From Centroscyllium fabricii (Eukaryota), in contig JBNRSN020000029.1 in NCBI GenBank assembly GCA_051313645.2, positions 41,540,001-41,604,000 on the forward strand: DNA of 64,000 bases, in the 5' to 3' direction. How positions within the stretch are numbered: position 1 is the stretch's first letter; each line of letters starts with the position of its first letter. Positions 51,801-62,767 of the stretch are shown here, one piece after another. The translations under genes were made by a program, and so were the position numbers. Below the pieces are notes generated by a model that saw nothing but the letters and a program-made list of their open reading frames with translations, searched no databases and was not told where the DNA came from.

Positions 51801-54800
51801 TCTAATTAAATATTAGGATACCCATGCTAATTAAAATTTAAGGGTGCCCTTTCTAATTAAAATAGAAGGGTTCACATTCTAATTAAAATATAATGATTCC
51901 TATTCTAACTAAAATATAAGGGTTCCCATTCTAATTAAAAATTAAGGGTGCCCTTCCTAATTAAAATATAAGGGATCCCTTTCTAATTAAAATATAAGTG
52001 GGACCTTTCCAATTAAAATATAAGGTTTCCCATTCTAATTAAAATATAAGGGTTCCCATGCTAATTAAAATATAAGGGTTCCCTTTCGAATTAAATAATA
52101 AGGGTTCCCTTTCCATTTAAAATATAAGTGTTCCCATTGTATATAAAATAAAAGTGTGCCCTTTCTAATTAAAATATAAGGGTGCCCTTTTTTAATTAAA
52201 ATATAAGGGTAAAAAATCCTAATTGAAATATAAGGCTTCCCATTATAATTAAAATATAAGTGGGCACATTCCAATTGAAATATAATGGTTTCCATTATGA
52301 TTAAAATATAAGGCTGCTCTTTCTAATTAAAATATAAGGGATCCCATTCTAATTAAAATATAAGGGTTCCCATTCTAATTATAATATAATGGTTCCCTTT
52401 CTAATTAAAATATAAGGGTTCCCTTTCCAATTAAAATATAAGTGTGCCTTTCTAATTAAAATATAAGGGTTCCCATTATAATTAAAAAATGAGGGTGCCC
52501 TTTCTCATCAATATATAAGGGTTCCCATTCTATTTAAAATATAATGGTACTCTTTCTAATTAAAATAATAGAGTGCCCCTTCTAATTAAAATATAGGGGT
52601 GCCCTTTCTAATTGTAATATAAGATTTCCAATTCTAATATAAAAATAAGGGTGCCCTTTCTAATTAAAATATAATGGTGCCCTGTCTAATTAAATTTAAG
52701 TGTTCCCCTTCTAATTAAAATATAAGTGGGCCCTTTCCAATTAAAATATAAAGGTTTCCATTCTGATTAAAATATAAGGGTCCCCATTGTAATTAAAATA
52801 TAATTGTTCCCGTTCAAACTAAAATATAAAGGTGCCCCTTCTAATTAAAATATAAGGGATCCCTTTCTAAATAAAATATAAGGGTGCCCTTTATAACTAA
52901 AATAGAAGTGTTCCCATTATAATTACAATATAAGGGTGCCCTTCCTAATTAAAATATAAGGGTTACCATTCTAATTAAAATATAAGGGTTCCCTTTCTAA
53001 TTAAAATATAAGGGTTCCCATTCCATATAATATATAAGGGTGTCCATAAATAAATATAAGGGTTCCCATTCTAATTAAAATATAAGGGTGCCAATTCTTA
53101 ATAAAATAAAAGAGTGCCCTTTGAAATTAAGATATAGGGGTGCCCTTTCCAATTAAAATATAAGAGATAATATTCGAATTAAATTATGAGTTCCCCTTCT
53201 AATTAAATATTAGGATACCCATTTTAATTAAAATATAGGAGTTCCCTTTCTAATTAAAATATAAGTTTTCCCTTTCTAATTAAAATATAAGGGTTCCCAT
53301 TCTAATTAAAATATTAGGATTCCCATTCTAATTAAAATATAAGAGTTCCGTTTCTAATTAAAGTATAAAATTTCCCATTCTAATTGAAATATAAGGGTTC
53401 CCTTTCTAACTAATATATAAGGGTTCCCTTTCCAATTAAAATATAAGGGTTCCCATTCTACATAAAATAAAAGAATGCCATTTCTAATTAAAATATAAGG
53501 GATCCCTTTCTAAATAAAATATAAGGGTGCCCTTTATAACTAAAATAGAAGTGTTCCCATTATAATTACAATATAAGGGTGCCCTTCCTAATTAAAATAT
53601 AAGGGTTACCATTCTAATTAAAATATAAGGGTTCCCTTTCTAATTAAAATATAAGGGTTCCCATTCCATATAATATATAAGGGTGTCCATAAATAAATAT
53701 AAGGGTTCCCATTCTAATTAAAATATAAGGGTGCCAATTCTTAATAAAATAAAAGAGTGCCCTTTGAAATTAAGATATAGGGGTGCCCTTTCCAATTAAA
53801 ATATAAGAGATAATATTCGAATTAAATTATGAGTTCCCCTTCTAATTAAATATTAGGATACCCATTTTAATTAAAATATAGGAGTTCCCTTTCTAATTAA
53901 AATATAAGTTTTCCCTTTCTAATTAAAATATAAGGGTTCCCATTCTAATTAAAATATTAGGATTCCCATTCTAATTAAAATATAAGAGTTCCGTTTCTAA
54001 TTAAAGTATAAAATTTCCCATTCTAATTGAAATATAAGGGTTCCCTTTCTAACTAATATATAAGGGTTCCCTTTCCAATTAAAATATAAGGGTTCCCATT
54101 CTACATAAAATAAAAGAATGCCATTTCTAATTAAAATATAAGGGATCCCTTTCTAAATAAAATATAAGGGTGCCCTTTATAACTAAAATAGAAGTGTTCC
54201 CATTATAATTACAATATAAGGGTGCCCTTCCTAATTAAAATATAAGGGTTACCATTCTAATTAAAATATAAGGGTTCCCTTTCTAATTAAAATATAAGGG
54301 TTCCCATTCCATATAATATATAAGGGTGTCCATAAATAAATATAAGGGTTCCCATTCTAATTAAAATATAAGGGTGCCAATTCTTAATAAAATAAAAGAG
54401 TGCCCTTTGAAATTAAGATATAGGGGTGCCCTTTCCAATTAAAATATAAGAGATAATATTCGAATTAAATTATGAGTTCCCCTTCTAATTAAATATTAGG
54501 ATACCCATTTTAATTAAAATATAGGAGTTCCCTTTCTAATTAAAATATAAGTTTTCCCTTTCTAATTAAAATATAAGGGTTCCCATTCTAATTAAAATAT
54601 TAGGATTCCCATTCTAATTAAAATATAAGAGTTCCGTTTCTAATTAAAGTATAAAATTTCCCATTCTAATTGAAATATAAGGGTTCCCTTTCTAACTAAT
54701 ATATAAGGGTTCCCTTTCCAATTAAAATATAAGGGTTCCCATTCTACATAAAATAAAAGAATGCCATTTCTAATTAAAATATAAGGGTGCCCTTTCTAAT

Positions 54801-55432
54801 TAAAATATAAGTGTAACAAATTCTAATTAAAATATAAGGCATCCCATTCTAATTAAAATATAAGTGGGCACTTTCCAATTAAAATATAAGGTTTTCCATT
54901 CTGCATAAAATATAAGGCTGCCCTTTCTAATTAAAATATAAAAGTTTCCATTCTGATTAAAATATAAGGGTCCCCATTCTAATTAAAATATAAGGATTCC
55001 CTTTCAAACTAAAATATAAAGGTGCCCATTCTAATTAAAATATAAGGGTTCCCATTCTAATTAAAATAAATGGGTGCCCTTTCTAATTAAAATATAAGGG
55101 TTTCCATTCTAATTAAAATTTAAGGGTTCCCCTTCTAATTAAAATATAAGTGCTCCCTTTCTAATTAAAATATAAGTGTGCCCATTCTAATTAAAATATA
55201 AGGGTGCCCTTTCTAATTAAAATATAAGTTTGCCCTTTCTAATTAAAATATAAGGGTTCACATTCTAATTAAAATGTAAGTTTGCCCTTTCTAATTAAAA
55301 TATAAGGGTTCACATTCTAATTATAATGTAAGGGTGCCCTTTCTAATTAATATATAAGGGTTTCCATTCTAATTAAAATATAAGGGTTCCCATTCTAATT
55401 AAAATATAGTGCTGCCCTTTCTAATTCAAATA
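42805..55432. repeat. Satellite array, 26-bp monomer TTCTAATTAAAATATAAGGGT(T/G)CCC(A/T), about 12.6 kb (roughly 480 copies)
   Basis: Continuous tandem repetition of diverged monomers; 643-bp higher-order unit x3 at 52856-54784. Confidence 0.98.
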
Positions 55433-55435
55433 TGC

Positions 55436-58400
55436 TGGGGGGTAATTTTCGTGTGCCGGGCGGGCGGGGTTTTCGGCGGGCGGGAGATGAAAATTCGACA
55501 TTTTTGTTCCCGTCCAATCCCGCCCATTTTCCCGCCGGTTTCGAATTTTCGTCCTGGTTTTCTTGCCACCCTGAATCCGTCCCACCGGCGCCCGGGGCGG
55601 ACAACTCGATAACCAAAGTTTCAGAGGGACAACTCGTTAACCAAAGGGCAGTGGGACAACTCGTTAACCAAAGTGTCAGCGGGACAAATCATTAACCAAG
55701 GTTTCAGAGGGGCAACTCCTTAACAAAAGGGCAGTGGGACAACTCGTTAACCAAAGGGCAGTGGGACAACTCGCAAACCAAAAGGGCAGTGGGACAACTC
55801 GTTAACCAAAGGGCAGAGGGACAACACGTCAACCAAAATTTCAGAAAATATATATATATAATTTGGCCGCCGCCCAGTATGGCATTCGATAGGGCAGGCC
55901 AAGCCGATTCTAACAGTATGAAAATGGCATCGCTCTGACGTTAGAGTGCGCAGATACGGCCATTCAAACTTGTACTGGAAGTCGCCAAGGGAAAATATTT
56001 GACCACCCGTGACCGAAAAAATATCCAGAGGTCGTTCACAAAAGTCAAGTCCTTCCCGCCGATTTGACACTTGTCATTTCTGGCTAGTGGGGTTGGCGGG
56101 GTACCCGGAGAATGGTAGGAGGTGGCTTTTCGAGACTTGGTCCGATTTTCAAAATAAAGTCTCGAGCCTCCAGGTCTGCAGAGACCGACCCAGGCTGCCG
56201 TTTAGCCTACTTTTAACCCATTTTGGTGGAAATAGTTTTCCGATTTTTGACCATTTTTCGTTCGGGATTACAAACGGCGGCCTGCCGCCTGGCAGAGGCG
56301 GGGGCTTCGGCTTCCTTTTGGAAGGGACCTAATTCGACCCGATTTAGCCTGAAAAAGTGATCCCAGGGCGGCCGATAGAGCGAGCAGAGGCGCAGGAATG
56401 GCCAGGTGGGCAACTCGTTAACCAAAGAAAACTTGGTCTGCTGGAGAGACTAAGTCCCAGGCTGGGCAACTCGTTAACCACTGTAAAACTATTTGGCTGC
56501 TGCGGGGTCTAAGTCCCAGGCTGGGCAACTCGTTAACCAGAAAAAAACTTGGTCTGCTGGAGAGACAAAGTCACAGGCTGGGCAATTCGTTAACCAGAAA
56601 AAAACTTGGTCTGCTGGAGAGACTAAGTCCCAGGCTGGGCAACTCGTTAACCAGAAAAATCTTGGTCTGCTGGAGAGACTAAGTCCGAGTCTGGGCAACT
56701 CGTTAACCAAGGAGCAGAACAGGGGTGCCTGGAATGCGGGAGAGAGAAAAAACCCGAAAAAACCCGAAAACACGGAAGTCCCTATGAGGTTTTATTTGGC
56801 CCCCTTTAGCGGGGGGGGGGGGGTGTATGCTCGTTTCGGGAATGGTGAAGCGAGTTGGTCCCGTCGAATTGACACTTGGTTTTCGATTTTGAACAACTCG
56901 TTAACCAAACACGGTAGTCCCATGAGGTTGGATTCGGCCTGCCGTGGCGGGCCTCGGGTGATGCTTCCCGGCTTGCGGAAGTGAGTTGCTCCCGCCGAAT
57001 TGACATCTGCCATTTCTGGCAAGTGTCTCCGAACCATAGTTAATGAGTTGTCGGCTGGCAACTCGTTAACCAACACGGAAGTCCCGATGAAGAAATAAAA
57101 AAGGGGCATTTACGGGGATTTGGATGCTCATGGGCGGACTGAGGTGGTCGTTTCTCCCGCCGATTTGACACTTGTCATTTCTGGCTGTGGGGGTTGGCGG
57201 GGTGCCCGGAGATTTTCAGGAACACGATTTTCTGAAAATGTTTGTGTCAGCAGGAGCACTTTGAAACTACCCGAAAACTGTTTACTTGCGAAAAGGCTCT
57301 TTTTCCCGAAATGGAGACCTTACAAAAGAGTATTCGAAAGTCATTTTTGAACAGTTTTGTGATGATAACTTTGACTTTTCGGACTCTTAGAGAAAATCTG
57401 AAATCGTAGACAGACAGCATTGGCAAACATATATGTTTTAATGCCTTTTTCCTAGTATCACGTTGCTGTCTGTCAAACACAGGTGCCTCTGAGCGGGTCA
57501 GGGCCTGTGGCTCCACCGAGCAACCGATGCACATGCAGTGTTGGCACTGAGTTCCCCTGTGTAGTGCACTCGGTGGATCCATCTTGCGATCGATCACACG
57601 CATCGTGTCCGATGTGGGAGGGCCTGAGGCGGTCCAGTAAGAGAGAGAGAGAGAGGCTGGTTGCTCAGGCTTTTCGGGCTTTTGGTCCCTCGGGTGACAT
57701 GACCATAGCCGAGTCAGAGAGAGGGGTGTCGGCGCGTCTCCCGGTGTTTGCTCCTTTTGTCGGCGCCCGTTTGTTTGTCCACCAATGCGCCGTGTGTGGC
57801 CACGACGCCCACCTTTGTTTGCAGTGGTCCGATTCGAGCACCCGAGCGGGCATCCGACTTCTCAAACCCGAAATCTGGTGGTGCGAGAGTGTGCTCAGTG
57901 TGTCCCGTTCCGGTAGTTGAACACAAGATTTCTCTGGCAACTTTATACAAAGAGAACCGCTCACGGAGACACACGCACACATGGTGTAGGCTGTTGTGTG
58001 AGGGGCTTCTTCTTTGCCTTGATGGTAACCATTTGGAAACACGACCAGAAGTTTTAAACCCGGCACCAACCTCCCTGTTCGTGACGGGGAGGATTTCACT
58101 GAGGCAGGCAGCAGTGGCCATGTGCGCAGCACCAGGCAGAAAGTGATCAGTGGTTTAGTCTGTTGTGTTGAGCGGCTTCTTCCTTTACCTTGATGGTAAC
58201 CGTTTGGGAAAACGACCACAAGTTTGAAACCCGGGACCAACCTCCCTGTACATGACGGGAAGGAGGCCACTGAGGCAGCAGTGGCCAGGTGCCCAGAAAG
58301 AACCACCCTGTACGTGACGGGGAGGAGGAGGCCACTGAGTCAGCAGTGGCCAGGTGAGCAGCACACAGCACCTGGCATAGCGATCGCTGGATGGTGGTGG

Positions 58401-58977
58401 CTAATTTTACCAGAAATAAAGTCAATTCGCTGAGCTTTACCCCAAGCGTGATCTCGCCAGCTGGTGGATCTTTCATCCTGATGGTCTCCGTGGCTCAGCC
58501 CGATGCAAGAACACTGTAGGCCTCACACAAAGTGGTGTGCTTAAAATGTCCGAGCGTGTTGTTTGCATCATTATGGACGTTCGACCCTGTGGCGAGTCCG
58601 GCAAGGTGGGCTTTCGTTGTCGACTTTTTTATTTTTTGGTTTCCTGTGTTACACGTTGCTCCCTTCCTGGCAGCTGAGTTTGCCGACCAAAAGCAAAAGC
58701 GCACACAGACACATGCGCACGGGGTGCAGGTTGTCTGTCGTGTGGCTGGGTTTCTCCTTGCCTTGAAGGTTACCTTCTGCAAAAACACGAAATCGCACTT
58801 TCTAAACCGAAACTGAACCTCCCTCTACGAGACGGGGAGGAGGCCATTTGGGGCGGCTGGCCATGTGGCCAGCACAGCACCAGGCAAAGCGATCGGTGTT
58901 TGGTGGTGGCTAATTTACTCGGAAAAAAGGTCAATTCGCTTAGCTTTACCCCGAGCGTGATCTCGCCACCTTGGTAG
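55436..58977. mobile_element. GC-rich, probably DNA-transposon-derived segment with arrayed subterminal motifs
   Basis: Begins GGGGGTAATTTT like the local MITE termini; about 17 copies of GGRCAACTCGTTAACCA; internal hairpin repeats; no recognisable ORF. Confidence 0.45.
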
Positions 58978-59259
58978 TGATGTATCATCAATAATATAAA
59001 GACGCGTAGTTACCTTAACTGTAGGCTTTTATTAGATTTACAAAGGAGCTACGCTCCGGTCGAACATCAGGTACAGAATGAATGGGGGCAGGTCAGACCC
59101 CACATATAAGGCACTCACCTGAGGGGAGGAGTTAGAGGTGTGGCTGACCTGACCCCGCGACATTGTCACAATACAAAAACTATGTACAGTGCACCCAGCC
59201 GCTATACATGCTGGTTTATATTGTGCTTCACTATTACAGTGGTAATAATGGTTACCACA
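58978..59259 (-). mobile_element. 3' LTR (282 bp) of Gypsy element A
   Basis: Minus strand TGTGGTAACC...GATACATCA; PPT aaagaaggggtgca immediately upstream (59260-59273); AATAAA present. Confidence 0.92.
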
Positions 59260-59279
59260 TGCACCCCTTCTTTGAAAAT

Positions 59280-61505
59280 TTAGTCCGGCTGGGTGAAAGG
59301 ACAGAGCAGTTCATAATAAGTCTCTCCAGCGGTCGCGTCTGCCTTGAGGATCACCGGGTCTCTGTTAGCGGCGCTGGTGCCTGTAGTGTCGGCAGCGCTG
59401 GTGCCAGTATTGTCGGTGCTGGTGTCGGTAGTGGCGGTGGGGCCGGGCCCTCCAGTGGCTGTGGTGCGGCGGCCAGTTCTTGGTCCTCGGCTGATAGTGG
59501 CGGGGGCTCCGGTGTGTGTGTGTGCATAGGCCAAAATCCGGTGGGTTGTGGTTGGTGTGTAGGCCAGTGTTCGGTAGGTAGTGACTGGTCGGGCTGAGGC
59601 TCGACAAGGGGCTCTGCTGTGGTGCTCCCGGCGGGCGCTAGGTCCCTGATGGAAACTGTGTCCTCGCGCCCGTCCGGGAACTGCACGTATGCGTACTGTG
59701 GGTTAGCATGCAGCAGCTGCACCTTCTCCACCAGGGGGTCGGTCTTATGGCCGCGGACATGCTTTCTAAGTAAGACTGGCCTCGGCATCGTGAGCCATCG
59801 TGGGAATTCTGTCCCCGAAGTCGACTTCCCCGAAGTCGACTTCCTGGGGAAGGAAAAGAGCAATTCGTGAGGTGTGGCATTGGTAGCCATACACAGCAGA
59901 GAGCGGATGGAGTGCAGCACGTCTGGGAGGACTGCCTGCCAACGGGACACTGGAAGGCCTATGGACTTCAGGGACAGGCTGACCGCCTTCCAGATGATCC
60001 CGTTCTCCCTTTCTACCTGGCCGTTCCCCGGGGGTTGTAACTGGTCGTTCTGCTTGAGGCAACCCCTTTCTGAAGCAGAAACTGACGCAGTTCGTTGCTC
60101 ATGAACTACGACCCCCGGTCGCTATGGATGTAGCTGGGGAGACCGACAATGGCGAACAACGTGGTGAAGTGTTTGATCACCGTTGTGCTCGTCATATCTG
60201 GGCAGGGGAAGGCGAAGGGGAAGCGGGAGAACACGTCTACGACCGTGAGGAAGTACGAGTTGCGGTCGGTGTAGGGGAGGGGGCCTTTGAAGTCCACGCT
60301 TAGACTTTCAAAAGGGCGGGTGGCCTTAATGAGGTGTGCCGTGTCTGGCCTGCAAAATTGGGGTTTGCAGTCGGCTCAAACAGGGCACTCTCGGGTCATA
60401 GCCTTGATCTCCGTGATGGAGTAGGGGAGGCTACGGGACTTAACGAAATGGGCAAGTCTGGTGATACCCGGGTGGCAGAGGCAATTGTGGAGTTCCTTCA
60501 GCCGGTCTAGCTGGGCACTGGCGCACAGTGCGTCCGGGGGTTCATTGAGTTTGGCTGGTAGGTAAAGAATGTCGTACTCATAAGTCGAGAGCTCGATCCG
60601 CCACCGCAGGATCTTATCATTCTTGATTTTACCCTTTTGTTTATTGTTAAACATAAACACGACCGACCGTTGGTCGGTGAGCAGGGTAAAACACTTACCA
60701 GCCAGGTAATGACGCCAGTAGTGCACGACCTCCACGATGGCCTGGGCCACCATTTCCACTGCAGAGTGGCGAGTTTCGGGTCCCTGTAGGGTGCAGGAGA
60801 AAAACGCTACGGGCCTGCCTGCCTGATTCAGGGTGGCAGCAAGGGCAAATTCCGAAGCGTCACTCTCCACCTGGAAAGGGATGGACTCATCAACGGCGTG
60901 CATGGCTGCCTTGATAATATCTACCTTGATCCGGGCGAACGCCGTGTGGGCTTCTACCGAGAGGGGGAAGATGGCAGCCTTGAGGAGCGGTCTGGCCTTA
61001 TCCGCGAACTGGGGAACCCATTGCGCATAATAAGAGAAAAATCCCAGACATCTCTTCAGGGCTTTGGGGTTGTGAGGTAGGGGCAGTTCCTGTAAGGGAC
61101 GCATACGCTGTGGGTCGGGGACGAGGACCCCGTTTTCCACCACGTATCCGAGGATGGCGAGCCGATCTGTACTAAAGATGCAAATATCTTTAATGTACAT
61201 GAGATCGAGCCGTTTCGCCATGTGGAGAAATTTGGCCAGATTGGCATTGTGGTCCTGCTGATCATGGCCGCAGATGGTCACGTTGTCCAGGTAGGGGAAA
61301 GTGGACTGCAACCCGTTCTGGTCAACCATGCAGTCCATCTCCCTCTGGAATACCGACTCCGCATTGGTCACGCCGAAGGGGACCCGGAGGAAGTGGTAGA
61401 GCCGACCGTTCTCCTCGAAGGCAGTGTACGGGCGGTCGGCTTTCCGGATCGGGAGTTGGTGATACGCCAACTTAAGGTCGATTGTGGAGAACACCTTGTA
61501 CTGGG
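59280..61505 (-). pseudogene. pol: Gypsy pol (RT-RNase H-integrase), disrupted and truncated within RT
   Basis: FSTIDLKLAYHQ, YTAF, PFGVTNA, PYLDNV, ESDASEFAL, HNCLCHPG..CPV, DFKGP, VVDVFSRF, HSDRG; stops and frameshifts. Confidence 0.95.
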
Positions 61506-61805
61506 TGTGGTAACCATTATATATGTACGCTTTTACCACCTCAATATTGTGCCAATATTGTATTGCATGTATAGCGGCCGGGTGCATAATACACTGCACT
61601 GTATTGCGACACTGTCGCGGGGTCAGGTCAGCCACACCTCTAACTCCTCCCCTCAGGTGAGTGCCTTATAGGTGGGGACTGATGTGCCCCCATCCATTCT
61701 GTACCTGATGTTCGATCGGAGCGTAGCTCCTTTGTAAGCTAATAAAAGCCTATAGTTAAGGTAACTACGCGTCTTTAGTTTTATTAGACTATTGATGATA
61801 CGTCA
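61506..61805 (+). mobile_element. 5' LTR (300 bp) of Gypsy element B, opposite orientation
   Basis: TGTGGTAACC...GATACGTCA; homologous to the reverse complement of 58978-59259 but with a diverged 5' U3. Confidence 0.92.
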
Positions 61806-61832
61806 ATTTTATTAGCTTAGAAAAATTCTAAA

Positions 61833-62390
61833 ATGGAGAGCGGCGCTGTAAAACCCGAAAAGCTGGACATTAGTCCACAGGACCCAGCCGCCGCCAACAC
61901 CTTCAAACACTGGTTCGGCCTCGTGGAGGCCTACATGGACGCCGCCAAGGCTACAACCGACGGGAACAAGCTACATGTTCTCCGGTCCAGGATCTCCAGC
62001 CGGGTATTCTCCATCATCCGTGATGCCACAACGTATATTGAAGCAGTGGCGAAACTGAGGAAATGCTACGAGCGCCCGGTCCCCTCAGTGTACGCCAGAC
62101 ATGTGCTCGCGACCAGACCACAACTACTGAGTGAGTCTAATGAGCAGTACCAGCTGGCACTCCAAGCCCTTGTCCAGGCCTGTGGCTGCCAACCATGGAC
62201 GGCACAAGAGGAGGCAAACCTCCTCGTCCGGGACGCCTATGTAACGGGACTCAGGTCCGCAGAGGCCCGCCAGCGGCTGCTGGAAAAAGACACTCTAACT
62301 CTGGACGAGGCGATCTCTATCTCCAACGCTGTGGAGGGCGCACGCCCCAAGCTACAGGCGTACGGCGGCCCAAACCCACACCAGACGTAG
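61833..62390 (+). CDS. gag: Gypsy gag N-terminal part (185 aa, 3'-truncated)
   Basis: ATG 28 nt after the LTR; ARHVLATRPQ..ES..Y..AL..L...C and VRDAYVTGLRS...RQRLLE..TLTL gag motifs; ends at a junction with MITE sequence. Confidence 0.85.
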   Translation: MESGAVKPEKLDISPQDPAAANTFKHWFGLVEAYMDAAKATTDGNKLHVLRSRISSRVFSIIRDATTYIEAVAKLRKCYERPVPSVYARHVLATRPQLLSESNEQYQLALQALVQACGCQPWTAQEEANLLVRDAYVTGLRSAEARQRLLEKDTLTLDEAISISNAVEGARPKLQAYGGPNPHQT

Positions 62391-62592
62391 ATTTTTAAAG
62401 GCTTTCAACGGACGGAGGTTCTGCAGAAAGTGAAACGCTCCACCCGCAGAAGCCCTCCTCCAAGACAGGCAGATGATCTGTCAAGGGGATTGTTGACATG
62501 CACTGCGCATGCCTGAAACCAGTGCTTTTGAGTTCCCTGCGGGTGTGTACACGGCTCGTACACACCCGTATGGATCAGAAAATACGGGCTCA
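62391..62592. mobile_element. Right end of a Harbinger-like MITE
   Basis: Hairpin cgggtgtgtacacggctcgtacacacccg and terminus ggatcagaaaatacgggct as in other copies. Confidence 0.75.
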
Positions 62593-62767
62593 CAGTTTGA
62601 TTGAAATTGCTCGTTTATGAAGCTGTAGCAAGATGCCTAGTCTATTAGAATGGCGTCCATGTCAAAAAGAGATACATTTTAAATAAATCCTTAACAGCAG
62701 CTTCCATTCATTGGATTATTTATACTGGTCTATAAACTCAGTATGGAACTCTGTCGATATTCCTCAC

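Noticed and set aside
42805-55432. NF-kB sites or coding potential (ORF 52065-52295) in the satellite
   Set aside because: GGGTTCCC is shorter than the 10-bp kB consensus, and the ORF is just translated repeat
55599-56710. CRISPR-like repeat-spacer array
   Set aside because: Vertebrate context, spacers are short or themselves repeated, and there are no cas genes
57483-58306. Overlapping 130-213 aa ORFs in the GC-rich segment
   Set aside because: No recognisable domain; open frames on both strands are expected from GC content and internal repeats
61506-61635. Novel N-terminal extension on the 419-aa pol ORF
   Set aside because: It is antisense read-through of the inserted LTR; true pol homology stops at 61505
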